Source of the DNA: Phoronis australis
Lineage: Eukaryota; Animalia; Phoronida
Length of the DNA: 64,000 bases
Assembly: GCA_002633005.1 (NCBI GenBank)
Contig: NMRA01000406.1
Coordinates: 128,862 to 192,861 of the forward strand
Reading direction: 5' to 3'
The notes beneath the pieces were generated by a model. That model ran no database searches, was not told the DNA's origin, and saw nothing but the letters and a program-made list of their open reading frames with translations. The translations under genes were made by a program, and so were the position numbers. Positions 24,301 to 39,300 of this stretch are shown here, one piece after another. Position 1 is the first letter of the stretch; each line of letters opens with the position of its first letter.

Positions 24301-27300
24301 TTTCTGTAGCTTTGTCTCATTAAATATATTTCGCATCTTTTTGAGAATAATCTGTTATCATTTTCCAACTCTTCAACTTAAACAGCATTACTAACCTTAC
24401 TCTGTGATGGAGATTCTTGTTTAGTAACACCCTGCAACCGAATCTGTTCTTCCTTCTCTCTAACTTTAANNNNNNNNNNNNNNNNNNNNNNNNNNNNNNN
24501 NNNNNNNNNNNNNNNNNNNNNNNNNNNNNNNNNNNNNNNNNNNNNNNNNNNNNNNNNNNNNNNNNNNNNNNNNNNNNNNNNNNNNNNNNNNNNNNNNNNN
24601 NNNNNNNNNNNNNNNNNNNNNNNNNNNNNNNNNNNNNNNNNNNNNNNNNNNNNNNNNNNNNNNNNNNNNNNNNNNNNNNNNNNNNNNNNNNNNNNNNNNN
24701 NNNNNNNNNNNNNNNNNNNNNNNNNNNNNNNNNNNNNNNNNNNNNNNNNNNNNNNNNNNNNNNNNNNNNNNNNNNNNNNNNNNNNNNNNNNNNNNNNNNN
24801 NNNNNNNNNNNNNNNNNNNNNNNNNNNNNNNNNNNNNNNNNNNNNNNNNNNNNNNNNNNNNNNNNNNNNNNNNNNNNNNNNNNNNNNNNNNNNNNNNNNN
24901 NNNNNNNNNNNNNNNNNNNNNNNNNNNNNNNNNNNNNNNNNNNNNNNNNNNNNNNNNNNNNTGACTTAGAATTGAAAGGCTTTCCAACTACTGTCTCAAT
25001 TGATTGTGAGTCACTAATAGACCTTCTGTGAATAAAATCAATCTGGTAAAACAAACCTTTGCAACAAGTTCTTTTTCTCTCTTTTCACAGGTGGACTTCC
25101 AGTGGTCAACGCCCATATCACCAGACGACACGTTTTCTTTCCACGGAGATATCACTCGGTTAAACACAATAGGTGCCACCGGCGACTGCAAGAGGAAGTA
25201 TGAGGAAATCATCAGGCGTACGTTCAGTAATGAAGTCCTTGTGTTACTGACTTACTTCTCACCACTACAGTTAAAACACAACAGTGACTTAATGCTGTCA
25301 GCGCTGGAACCTAACTGAACTGATGCTCTACAATAATTGTACCTTAGAAATCTGGCTTCAACTTCTGTATGGCTGACCAGACAGCAGCACGAAGCATCGA
25401 TTCTTTCTGTAGCTTTGTCTCATTAAATATATTTCGCATCTTTTTGAGAATAATCTGTTATTATTTTCCAACTCTTCAACTTAAACAGCATTACTGACCT
25501 TACTCTGTGATGGAGATTCTTGTTTAGTAACACCCTGCAACCGAATCTGTTCTTCCTTCTCTCTAACTTTAAGCTGCAGTCTCGATACCTTCAGTGGAAG
25601 ATAAGGATGTTGACAGAAATTTGTTTATGATGAAAAAAATAATACAAAATTGACAGAAAATATTCGTTCATATTTTTGCGCTACTTCAAATGATATACCA
25701 CAACCATAGAACTCTAGCCTAAGAATGCTAACTCCTGCACGTTACCTATGTATTCTAGAGCTTGTGGCCCCGAGACTAGCCACAAGAATTTGCACTGAGA
25801 ATTTCTAGCTGCCTGTTCAACTGAGTTTTTGATTGATTGTTGTAGATATCAAATTAAACCTAATTTCATTTTGTTATCATTGTTCATCAAGCCAGACTCT
25901 TGAGGTACGGTTCCATACAATCAGCGATTTCTCAGCTAAATTATTCGATAAGCCCAACAATTACTAAACGCTGGTCAGTCTTTATAAGCACTGACCTGTG
26001 GCCCTGGCTGGATGCCAGGAATACTCTGGCCTCTGATACCTTTTCGCCTCCAGTCGTGGAACCACTTTCGGCAACATGCCAGAAGTTTTTCAACATTTCT
26101 GAGTGTTAAAATTATGTCATTTCTATAACCTCTCTGGTTCATTTCCTTTTTTATGTTCCTATGACATTCAATTATTTTTCGCATTTTGATACCGTTCTTG
26201 GTTTTTAGAATTAAAAAATACTTTCTAAACCAGTCTGGTATGACGTTTGAGAGGCACTGAGAAGAGACTGCGACAACGGTGAAGAGATGAAGGGCTCGAT
26301 ATGAGGTGGAGTCCAGTTGCAACTTACAACTTCAACCTCAGGACCACCAAGTACATACAACCAAGTAATATTTAATGTCAACAACACTACACCCAGAGCA
26401 GACACACATACAATATCTGTTTCAATTGATTGTTCAGTACATAATTTATTGATTAAAGCGAGTGAGTTGTCCTTCAAGGCTTATAAAAGTTTAATCTCAA
26501 ATTTACTGAAAGTTGATTTCAAACAAAGACCAGTAAAATATGTTTTAATTGTACAAAACAATCAATAGCAGAACAAAATATTGCGCTGTATACAGTAAAC
26601 CCACACTCCACCCAGGCTACTGCATGCAACACCACAGTGCACACACAGCAAGCTATTGTCGCGCTAGAACCATGGTATACTTACACTACAGCCGCGGTAC
26701 ACATACCGTATACCCAGGCTACAAATACGCTACACAGAATACAATGTATCCCACCTCTTGCCGCAGCTCCTTGATGGTCTTCTCCTGCAGCTCCACCTGG
26801 TGTTCCTTCTCCTTCACCTTCACCTTCAGTGAAAACATATCATCAGGTGAGTTGGTCTCGGGAACTTGCGTGTTGACACGGTTACCCATGCGCACAATCT
26901 TCAGTTGGGTCTCCAAGCTCTGCAGCAACAAATAGACAAAATCAAATGAAAGTGCTCAGAGGGACACTTGGTGAATGTGACTGAAAAGACGACTATCAAT
27001 GATAATGATGATGGCAGCAATGATGAACATGATGATAACTATTATATGATGAATGAAAAATGTCAGAAATGAGTAAGAAACATAGTCTAGTTCAATAAAA
27101 GGTAAACCAGCAAAAGTGTACCAAACATCAGGCAACAAACTAACAGCGTCACCAGAAAAACCTGAATAATTCGATAAAGAGGCTTCATCATAAACAGTAG
27201 AAAACATCTTCTGAAAACTAAGTAGAACACTACAGTCAATGAAAATGATATATTATGTTCATTAACCTGCAGGTGGCGTGACTGACCTTAATTTGTCGCT

Positions 27301-30300
27301 CCAACTCTGTTATCTTGCTTTTATATCCTCTTTCGGTCTCTGCTGCCTTGGAGTGTATGTACACAGTATCACTATCAGATGGCGTTGTTTTACTCAACAT
27401 GGCTGCTGTCTTCTTGCCATCAGGCTGCATTGACAGACCAACCTCGGTGGCAAAACTGATCCCAATGTTTTCAGAAGCCACTGGCATCTCTTTTTTGAAG
27501 CCACCACTACCGTTGTCATCGTGATCTTCCATCAGCCAGGACGGCACAGGAATCTTTCTTCCAATGCTCACAGGTTTCTTCACTTGTTTATCTTCTTCAG
27601 GAGAGCTATACTGAAACGTCACAGAATCAGGTGCTGGGCTCTTTGGTAAAGGAGGTGCACTTTCATCTCCATCTTGTAAATCGGAGACATCGTCAGCGCT
27701 ATCAGCACCATCTTGAATGGAACTTGGAAGAAAATAAGAATCATCGTCATTACTGTGGTTGATGTGCTGGTGCTTGAGTATGGAAGGAGGTGCTGATTTC
27801 GGAAGAGCCGGGGGTGCAGATCCAGGAAGTGGGGGTGCTACACTATCACTGTCTGATTCGGAGTCCATTTCATCAATGTCATTGACTGCAGTAACAAACT
27901 GAACCATGGGCGATTTTCTGTTTTTGCCTCCTGGTGGCATTTGTTCTATGCTGTCCCAAAGACTGGCATTGAAGTTAATGTTTGTTGTGGGCTTGCGCTC
28001 CTCCACTGCCTGCCAGAGGGCGCTCTCTTTTGGTGGAAGACCAGAGTCACATGGTGAGGTTGAGGGCTGGTTGGAAGACACATTAGTTTTGAGTGATCCT
28101 GAGGAGCTTGGGGACTGAAAGGAAACAAACAATATGATTAGAGTTGCAGAGCTAGAGTTAAAGTCGAAAAACATATTTATTTTGTGGTCGCATTTTTAAA
28201 AAGAATTGAGTCTGCTGTGTGGAATTTTTTGTTGCTCCCTTTTTAAAACAAGAGTAGCACAACACGTAAAAATGTGCCCATGACTGTACTGCGATTGGTG
28301 TTCTTTTAGGGGTGTTTATTAGTATCATAAAAATGGTCACTAGGTGGTGCAGAATGTGTTGAACCCATCTGGAAACGGGAAGGTGTCATCACCTCCTTGA
28401 CAGAAGCCTATTCGCTCATTTTATTTCATGAAAATCCATCTAGGAACTCCAAAGATACTGAGGTAAACATAAAAAATTAAAATTGCCACTCTAAGGTGGC
28501 ACAGTGATAGTTGGATCCTCTCGAAAGAAGTCATCATTTGTGGTCACATTCACAGGAATAAACTTGCCAAAGTATAAAGTTCCTGCAAAGAGTTAAAGAG
28601 ATACACTGTCGTAGATACAAAAAAACAAAATTGCTGCAAGGGGTTGTTGAATCTTGGAAGTTGTTTTCATTCACCAAAATGTTCTTTTGCAATATTTTTG
28701 AGCCCAGACATCGAAAAATAGACACATGATAGCCTGCCAGTTATGGATCACAGCATTGTTAGCCAACCATAGCTTATGATTGCTCTTTGACATTGCGAGT
28801 CAATCTACATAATTCCTCAAGATTGTGGAAAAAATAGCCCAGCTTCACGGGACCCCACCATACCCGTCTTCAACTTTGGAAGAGAGCACACAAGGCCAGT
28901 AATTGGTTCTCAAAATTGCGATGAAAGACAGATTGTTTTATACACGTATTGTGGCACATAATGAAAGCCTTGGAACGCATCATTTCCGACAACGTGACAG
29001 CAGATTAACCCCCTTGTAGAATGCAATGCAAAATGTTGCCAGAACGAATACAACAGCAAGCATGACTTAAAATTAATTTAAGTTTGCTTCCACATTTGAA
29101 AGCACGCCTTTGCCATTTTGCAACGTCTAGGGTAGCACCCTGACAGGGTTGTTGCACTGATGGGGAAGACGTTAAAAACCACCAGAGTGTGATGCAAAGA
29201 CAGATCATGACCAGAGCCGAGCGGGGGTAAAGTAATTCATTATACAGGACAGAAATATGCATCCCTTAAGTTGAAAAAGTCGCAACAATTGTTACGGTAT
29301 TTTGACCTGACATGATGGATATCCCATTTAAATCATGGTGCATCACCATTTGAGTGGTTAAACCACACTCTGTGGACTCTTTTGAGCACTGCCCAGTGCA
29401 TCATTTACAGGTAATCATTCCTAATAAATCATGCCGCTGACCAAAGTATCAAAAGCAAAAAAGACCTTGGCTGAAATGAATGCGGGTGAGCACCTTTTTC
29501 ATTTAGTCAGTGAGCCCAAGTCTTGAAATGAGTTGGGGTACTGACTGAAACCAGCAATGATTTTTTGGCCAAATAACGGGCTTGATATACATGAACACAC
29601 TGTTTGCAAGTACTTGTTATGACCAAACATCTTACAGCTGTTGGGCCACTTACAACGCATACGCCAGCCCAGATAACAAGATTTCAGTTCTTCAGTCTCA
29701 GCTATTGAGATAGAGAAAAGATAATTTTTAACCCATAAAGCATTTTATGAGATAAATAATGAAATGTCATTAGCTAGTACGAACCTGAGATTCAATTCTG
29801 TCACCAAAAAGTGGTACATGCATTTCAGAGCGTGGAACTCTCACCTGTGAAATAATAGGCTGGCGTGAAGTGAAACAAGAAAGCTTGACTTAAACCTTAA
29901 CACACCAACAGTGACACAAAACAATACAAAAGTGTTCTCACAGGGGTCAAGGGTCAGGGGCTAGTGTTCTTAAGGGCGCAGTTTTTCTGTTGTAAATCAA
30001 CAGTGCGGCCGTCCTCAATAAAGTGGATACATGGAAAATACCCGTTTGTCCTCGTTGCTTTAAGTTTGTGGGTGTATCTGTCACTATTGCCTTATTAGAA
30101 ACACATAAAACGATAGATTACACCATTCAACAATACCTTGATTACCGGCTAGTCCATGGGAAATAGATGGCTGGTAAACAGAGCAGAGGAGAACAGAAAC
30201 ATTGAAATACAAGCTTAATGCTATTTGGTCATGAACAGAGATCTATACATTAGTTTCTGTCTTAAAAAATCGTTGAAATGGTGAAGTGTTTAATTCACTA

Positions 30301-33300
30301 ATAAGACAAATTTCATTTTTCAATTTTGCACAAAAACAATTGTTAAAATTCCCATTTTTCAAGCTTACATATAATTGCAGATGGCCAAATTTTCCATATG
30401 TTGTTTGTTGATAGCTGCATGGTGTAAATATGTAACTTATGAAGTAAAATCTTGTCATGAAATCATTTTTGTAGAGAAATTACAAATTAGTAAAATTCTA
30501 CCTTTTCACCAAATTGTGTCCCAAATTGAAGGGTATCTACCATCATAACAATTATAGATGTCGCTTAAATATCAATCAATTGGCATGGTAACAAAAAAGA
30601 AATACCAAAATGCAACAGTAAGAGAATCATGTTACCTGCATGACAGTCTCTTCCTCAACTGAAGGGGGCCCACCATCTGTGTTGTCTGCTAATGGCGTCT
30701 CATCTGAGTGTTGTTGTAATAACTCGGCAAACTCATTGATGGCGCTAGTGTACTTGGTAGACTTGAACGTGGATGCTGAAAATCAAAAGTTCATTAATCC
30801 CTCATGGAGTCTATTGGAAATAAAATCTTACAATGTTCATGATTGGTAATGATCTAGCAAGCTGTTTCTCAGTCAAAGTCAATATGTTTACCATCCACAG
30901 ATGTACTCAAGTTATCTATTCAGAGCTGTGTTCCCAGATAATACCTCATTAATGAAATTCAATGGTAAAACAATGTGGTCATTAGTATGTAAACTATAAT
31001 TCCAAATGTAACCTTTTATTCAAAACAAGTTAACAAACTAAAAATCAGACAACTGAATTATCTAAAATTGTACGTCTTATTCCTATCCTGAAAGAAAGAA
31101 GAACTGACAAGAACTAAGAAGGTTTTGTTTAAAAATGAGCTCTAAACATTTCAAGACCAAAATAAATCTATTTGCCGCTTTATATAACTACGCTACATTC
31201 AGTGTAAGTGAGAACACTACTGCCACCTATGGTGTAATTAAATACAGCAGAAGCAGTAGTACAGACTCAATCACTGATTCAGGACCCTGAGTGATATGTG
31301 ACCTTCATTTTCATTTTGTTTTTGTTATGCAACATACACAGTTCCACGTTCTTCTGATATTACTGTCATGTAAAGCATCTTACAATCTTTTAAATCGTTT
31401 TGTTTAAATTCTTCTTAAATAACAAACATAAGCTAACAGAGCATTAATCTTCAATGATCACACACCTGGCCCTGCAATCAATAGACAGCAGCTGGCGGAG
31501 GGCAGAAAGCCAGCTCACTTAATTAATGAGAAGGGAAGTTGCATTGCGTAAGGATTCTGCATTGGAACAACTAATTACAGTCTACAAATGAGGGGAAACT
31601 GAGTTTGTTAATTATCATAAATGTCTACCAGCTAGCAGAAATTATTGAAACTTTGCAAACAAATGCAAAAAATAAAAACGTACATTGACTGAGGAATGTA
31701 TCACGTTGCTAAAAATGTTTATTCAATTAAAAATAGATCCAGTAGCAGGAAACAAAGTGAAAGATCATCTCACTGCATGCATTCAAGAAGTTGTCTTTCT
31801 TATATTGCGAATCTACAGCAGAGTGTACTATAGGAAAGGTGGCCTATTGAAATGAAAATTGGCACCTAAAGATTTCATTAAACATTTGACATGGACTTCT
31901 CAAAATGTCAGATAAAAATTCTTAAATTGATTTTATTGAAAATAAGCCATGGATATTTTATGGGCATCTCAAGTATTTGCTTGACTGTTGAAGTAACAAT
32001 CGGAGCTGATTATTATCTGGTGATGTCTATGCTTAGCATGTGACTTAGTAGGTTGGATGCAGAACAAACAATTCTGTGATGTCACAACACACACAATTCC
32101 TCACTTATTATTTGGTGAAAACTACATAAACTATTGTGCAATACTGATGCTATAAACATATCCTAATTAGAATCAGAAGGGAATATCAAATAATGCTTTA
32201 TATGTCAATCAAGACAACAACCTCAGTTTCATTGGAATACAAAATCATGTTACAATACAATAAAAAAAAACAAGTGCAAATTGGACTTTAAAAACAATTA
32301 TTGCAAAAGCTTCATTTAGCGCCACCTTTGAAAACAACTGTTTTGGTTCCTATGTAGAACCCTTTATTTTGACATTCTAAAACGGCGAGTCAGCATTTCT
32401 ACTTACATAGGATAAATCATGAACTAATGCTTACTGGATCAATCAAAGTTTGTAGTTTGCATAAGGATGTAATTCAATATACAACTCTTTAACATTGTGA
32501 GTGCACTAATCTTAAACTTGTCCTAATTTCTAATAATGGTGAGCAAGGCATGATTAGTTGGCAAGGACAAAACACAATTTGATTTATGAACTGACATTTC
32601 GACACTTTGTTGAACATTGGAAGGAACAGCAGTGACAATTTGACAGTCGCAAAGAATTCATAAAAAATGTTGAGAAATATCCTACTGCATTAGAATCACA
32701 CAAGAATGCAGAACCTGTCCACCAATTAACCCAGTGCCATGTAGCCATCAGGCACATTTGATCACTTTGACTTGTCACCTAAATAGAGTTATATAGCTGC
32801 GCATAAATAACTCATATTGCAAGTTAACAAACAAAGAGGACTCACCAGATGTTCCTTTGTTGCCTGTTGCTTGTGTGGACGGAGACAGAGTGTGTAGAGG
32901 GGAGCACTGTGTAGCCTGCAAACACAGTAGAGATCAATAGGGAAATAAGGAGCAGTGATAACATGTGTCAAGTAAATAGATGGCACTGCTGAGGGAGCAA
33001 GCTGTGGTGAAATGTAGGGGAATTGCCAACAGGTGGAGCATAGATATGATGGTGTCTGGGATACTGTGGTATTCCCAAAAGTACATCCACAATTTGGTTG
33101 ATATGAATTCATGTCAGGCTTACAACAAAAGATCATCAGTCTGATTATCATTCATAGCATCAGTCATGGATCTGGAAAACCTCTTTTGATCATTTATCAT
33201 TCCTCAGTGACAGGAAATCAAATAAATTATCAAGACTGACAATAAGCATTGCATGGAAATTATATCTACCCATGATATTGAATAATTCAGTTTCACAGAG

Positions 33301-36300
33301 GTCAATGTTGGTTTTTCGACCTCAAAAACGTCATTATCATATTTGTTTTATTACAGGATTACAGCTGCTAAGTAATACACAGAAGGAGGCTATGTTTGGA
33401 CTTTATATTGATCACTCGTTTGGTCAATCAGCTACCATTGTTTTACCCAAAACACTGTAAAGAGATGCGATTATATTTTGGGAAAGAGGTCATGTCTTGC
33501 AGTCATACAATCAACAATCAATGTGATAGCAAGCTGCGTGTGAGCATACTCAGAGACAGGGCTTGGAACGAACAATGACAAAAAAGAGAACAATTTTCCA
33601 GGTGATGTATCGTTCTGCAAATAAATAGGCTTGTGTGATAGAAAAATATTTTGTGTTACAAAATTTAACTGAAATAAACGTTTTTCACATAAATGAAGTC
33701 AAAATAATGATAAAAAAAGAGGAAATTGGAGATCAAATAAAAGGAAATCGAAACCAAAAAAGAGAAAATCCTCTTATAAAAGGATAATTCCAAGCCCTGC
33801 ACAGAGCAGGCGCTTTTAAAAGTCCACACAACTGTCGTATATTGAAAGCTAGTGAATATTTTCGCCTTTGAAAACATCTTTTATACAACAATGTGATGGT
33901 GGGAAGAGTGATACAGGTGTGCATTCACCTGCTTGTTTATATTTCATGCTTATTTAAAAACAAATGTGATGACATAAAAAACTTCGGTGATGTACTAGCA
34001 GTGCAGTGGTAAAGTACTAGCCAGCAAACGAGAAGGATCAAACGACAATGAAATCTGCATAAATTAACAAAAATTTTTTAAAAGGAATTAAACCTCGTTA
34101 CCATAGCAGTATTCAATACGAAGGTATGAGCAGTCAATATGGTGAATTATTGAGTTTTTAACTTCATAGTCTGTCCAAATCATAAAATAAAATGTTAATT
34201 CTTACCAACCCCTTATATCATATCATACCATTCACATGAATTCACAGAAAATATTTATCATAAATTATGATTAACCAGAATTAGCAGCATAAGAGCAATA
34301 GTAGCAACAAAACCATGCAACAAGATGGGAAATAGGTCACATGGAAAGATACGAAGTAGGTCAAACAAACATAGTGGGTGCGAGAGGAGGACTACACGTT
34401 TCTTACGACAAGACAAAAATCAATACAAGATCAACAAATGACAGTGTACAGTAGCCGTGACTGAACTCCAAGATATCATAAAAAAAATATTTAAATTGAC
34501 AGTTGGCAGCTGAACTTGAATCAAGTTTATTGATCATATGTAGATGGTCAGGACAGATGTGGCCTAATCTGTTAAGTAAAGGACTTATGTTGTGACATAC
34601 ACATGACAACAACATATACCATCAATGACGTATAAATAAAGGAAAGTCAATTAATTAAGACATCTCAGACTGCTCTGAACAGATATGGACCCATAGCTTT
34701 ATATTAATAAGTCAAATTTATGAAGACTACTGTCTCCATCCACCAACCAAACCAGCTGCTGAACCAACACCAATTTTAATCAAATGCTTTCCACATATTA
34801 CAAAATATTTAAGTGTGAAGATCCATTAGATAAAACACAACATAAAGCATCTTAAAGAAGCAACAGAATGTCTAATATGTTAGATTTTTACCTTCACAAT
34901 CATTGCTGAGAAAATTCAACCAGAAGGCATTAGAACAGAACATACAAGTGTGCATGCCACGCGGTGAATTCCTCAATGGTTCAGAAGTGAATTTCTTGAT
35001 AACCAAGAATATCTTAAATCTGAACAAAGTTTATCAGAAAAAGTAAACAATGTTCTTTAATTTACACTAAAATCACGACCAGATAAGATAAAAGTCTTCA
35101 AGTAGCCCACAATCAAATGTGGTGCCATCTATTGAGACAATAACACACCACACAAACAAAGACATGCAGTCGCAAGAAACTTGTGTCCAAAAGAGGATTG
35201 CAGGAAATTTAACATTTGATTGTACAAACTGCTCTCGAATCACAGAACTCACCTGGCAGTATGTCTAATGCATGCAAAGGAGATATGAAAATGACATTTG
35301 AAATATAATTACAAAAAGTTAATATATTCAGTTATGAGTAAAACTGTTCTTACTTTGTAGCTACACACCAAGAACATGCGACTAATGAACATCGGTAAAA
35401 CATTTGCAATGATTGTGTATAGATTTCCTTTTCTACTCACCTCTAACTGGCGTCGCAATTCCTGAAGTTGAATTTTTTGTTGTTCATAGTTGACTTTTAG
35501 CGTGGCCTTTTCCTACAACACACAGCAGATGTCAGCACCTGTCTTTGACAGCAATTTTGATCTGTCATACTTAGTACTTATATCAAACAAAGTAAACATT
35601 AGAGTTTCACTACCACACCATTGTTGTTATCTTAATCCACTTGGACCGTGTTTGCACTTTAAACTTGAGCATTCAAAGTAGCAAAAAGCACGATAAAACA
35701 CATTGTTTACAATAACATGTGCCTTAATGATGGCAAGGTCAAGATATGTTTCCTACAAACACCAAGCTCTTCCCGACAGTGGAAGCACACAAGTAATGAA
35801 GCACAAACTCAAATTATTTCGACTTAACAAACAGAAAACCAAATTTGAAGACACAGTACCAATTTGAAAAATTGTGAAGCTTTTAAAATGGCTATGTATT
35901 GACAGTGAATGGCTATAGATATTGCAATGACAGTGAATGGCTAAATTATCTTGACACTGAACGTGCCAATTTTAAAATGTGCAGTGTGAGACTCCAATGA
36001 CTCATCGCCTAAAGTAAGAATAAAAAACAATTATGTTATACCAAAACCATGTTTTACATTAAAATAAGAATCAAAAGCACGAGTATTTCACTTCAATGCC
36101 ACTTGAACTAAAAAAAAGAATCAGATTCATTTAACAAATTAAACCAAAATCTGTCAGAACTTCTATGTTTCTCTAATCCAGAACAGATTAAACATATTCA
36201 AAAATACTCTGAGTGACAAAAGTCCTGTAATCTAACGAACAAATAATCACCCAACAAAAGCTTCATGGTTCAGATCATAATGTTTGTGACCTTGACATTA

Positions 36301-39300
36301 ATCAACAAGACACACAATAAATGTAATGCCAGTGTGTAAAGTGTGACATGCAACACAAGCAGTGGAAACTGAAAACACACAAGAGACACCTGTTGGGTAT
36401 AGTCTAGAGTACGAGCCAAAATATCTTTCTCCTGTAAAAAGGTTAACAATAATATTCAAAGAAAAAAAACATGATCCTCATACCATATCTGTTCTATAAA
36501 TATAGTTGGGAGAAATGGCATAACTAAATAAACATCTTGCAGAAAACTTGTTGGTGTACATCTAAACTTAGCAAAGAAGGATATTGAAGAACAAGCTCTA
36601 TCAAACACTTCACAAAATAGATTTAGTAATTTCAAGGAATGCTCATGATAGGCATAAGAATTACCAACTGCCACAACCCTGTGGAACTAAATTTACCCAT
36701 TTCACTGGACACTGCAATTTACCTTTAAGATTAAGTTGTGTTTGTTTAGCTGGTTCTTGAGTTCTGCGATCTCCCATTCGTGTCCACACACACTTAATCC
36801 CTGGCGTAACTTCCTGATGGTTTCCTGTAAGTTGACCTCGGACTTCTCAAGTCTCTCAATGTGCTGTTCATGTTCTCTCAGCAAATCAATCTGCATGGAA
36901 TGAATTAAACATAGATATGTTTGTTACTACAAGGTTATAACTAGGAATGAACTAGACATAGACGTGTCTGTTGCCAAGAGATTAAAACAAGAGAAACACG
37001 AAGCACTGAAATGTATCCACGACTGCACCACAAATGGTATGCTTCTAAGGATATTCAAGAGTACCATTAGATGACACAGAATTGTCATACCCGTCTGCAA
37101 AGTGGAATATGTCACCATCTCCTGAATAGGACAATATTTGCCATGTATCATGAAAATCCATCAAGGAACTCCGAAAATACAGGGAAAAAAGAAACTGCCA
37201 ATAAGAGACACTGCGGTAGGCAGATCTGTCCCTCTGTGATAAAGTTAATGGAATACACTTGCCAAATTTACAAAAGATCTCATAAGGGTCTAGGAGATAC
37301 CGTGGCAGATGCAAAAAATACCACTACATAGCACCACAACAGTTGAACTAATCTTAGAATCCATTGCAGTTGTACTCTTGTCAGTGAGAACACACCTGCC
37401 AATTTTCATGATCCTCTGGTTAGGTGGATACAGAGGCAGACGACAAGAAACAGAGTAAAAAACGATAAAAAGGGAAAGGTGCAGTTGTCATAATAGAAAC
37501 TTGTTTGCCAAAGTTCATAAAAGCGTTAAGAAACTCTGAAGATACAGAGGCAAATGTAAAAACTAAAACTGGCAGTAGGAGGCACAATGGTAGTCAGAGC
37601 TGTCCAAAAAATTTGTGGGCAGCCGTTGCCATATTCATTGGAAAACACTTGGAAACTTTCACAAAGATCCTGCAAAGGATTCAGAAGCTACCGCCGTGAC
37701 TGCAAGACAATCACCACTAAAGGGCATCACAGTTGTCAGACCGTCCAAAAATCAACGTTAGCTATGGTCAGGAACACAAAGACCTAATGAAACTAAGTAT
37801 AGGCTAGCTCTGTTGCGAGGATGTGAAAATTGCATTCATGCATTAGAACAGTGCAACTGCAAATGATCTGCAGTTTTACAAAATGGAAATAACAAGATTC
37901 ATTACAACTGCTCATACCCTAGGCTTTAAAGAAGTTAAACTACAGCAATATTATTTGAATTTTCTGTTGAGGATATTTGAAATGTTACTTAAAAGTACGC
38001 CGAAAACCAGACTGAAAATTTCAATATCGGCCTTTAAATTGCACTGTCTGTGTTACTGTGTTGAAAAGGGTGCTGAATAAGCAGACAAACAGTACCTACC
38101 TGAGCATGAAGGGCGGACAGCTCAGCCCTTGGCACCAATGCTAGATCATCCCTGTTACAGAACTCATACAGAGACAGTCGCTCTGCTAGCCCCTTACTGT
38201 GCTGTTCCAAGTAAGACACTTTACTGCTGGTATCCTTGACCTGTCTGTGTAGAAGTTTGTTCTCATTCTCTAGCTCAGTCTGTGTAAGAGCCTGCAACAA
38301 CAGCATATTTACATGAATGTTGGATTTCTTCTGATGTGCATTAGAGCTAAATTCTCATTATCTAATAGTTATATCTTGTCAGAGCTTGCCATGAAAGTCT
38401 GCATGAAGAATGCATTTGCAGTACACTTGAAGTGAAGAGCTCACCACCTGCTCATACGGCATTAAACATCAGTTGCAAAGATCTGTGATTTGTCTGCAAC
38501 ATGACTGTCGTGACCATCTGCAAAGTACTTTCAAGAGCCTGACAGTTCTCTGGTGTCAACATACCAATTATGGGTTGGCAAATGTAAAAGCACAATCCGA
38601 GTGTCACACTCTACCTTTAAATCATCCAGGGCTAAATCATAGAAAGACTCACCTTATTCTCCACCATGAAAGCCGATGCCTCAAGCTCCTGTATACGCAG
38701 CTTTAGTTTATGCTCGTTGCGCTCCAGTGTGGCTATCTTTTCCTGCAGACGCAGTTCACTTCTCTCAATCTCTTGTGACCGGCTAAGCATGTCATGGTGA
38801 CCAAATTTCAAATCCTGGATCTCTTTTTGTAGGTCAAACTCACTGTTCTCAAGATCTTGTATTTGTTTTTTATAACGAATTTCAGCGTCCAGAAGTCGAG
38901 ATATTTTGCTCTGCAACTCTGCAATTTTAATTTCATAATCAGATAACTCACTTTTCAGCCGGATCTTTTCATTTTCTAGATTGACAATCTTTTTTCCTTG
39001 TCTGTCATTTGTTAGTTCCAAATCTGAAATATGTTGCTTAGCAACCCCCGCAGCAGCATTCATTTTGTTAACCTGGCTACGCAAATTGACTTCAGATGTT
39101 TCTTTTACGTGTATTTTCTTCCTAAGCTCAGCCTCCTGTCCATCAAGCTCAGACAGTTGTCTGTGCATGGCATCAATTCGCTGTTTCAGTGACTCCTTTT
39201 CTCGACCTAGCTCTGCGTTTTTCTTCTTCAGACTAAGCTCGGACAATCGAATTTCTTCAATCTCACTCTCCAGAGAGTTAGTACGGCGTTTCACTGAGTC

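Larger units (their letters stand above)
23859..25572. repeat. 611 bp direct duplication (23859-24469 / 24962-25572) flanking a 492-N gap; probable false duplication of two haplotypes
   Basis: Constant offset of 1103 bp, only scattered SNPs, both copies end exactly at the gap edges. Confidence 0.88.

Noticed and set aside
24320-25054. Long ORFs containing X runs (also 1532-1810)
   Set aside because: They span N gaps
25900-26340. 115 aa minus-strand ORF in a CpG-enriched intronic patch
   Set aside because: Non-ATG start, no recognisable motif, not needed for frame continuity; possibly repeat-derived, but I cannot define ends
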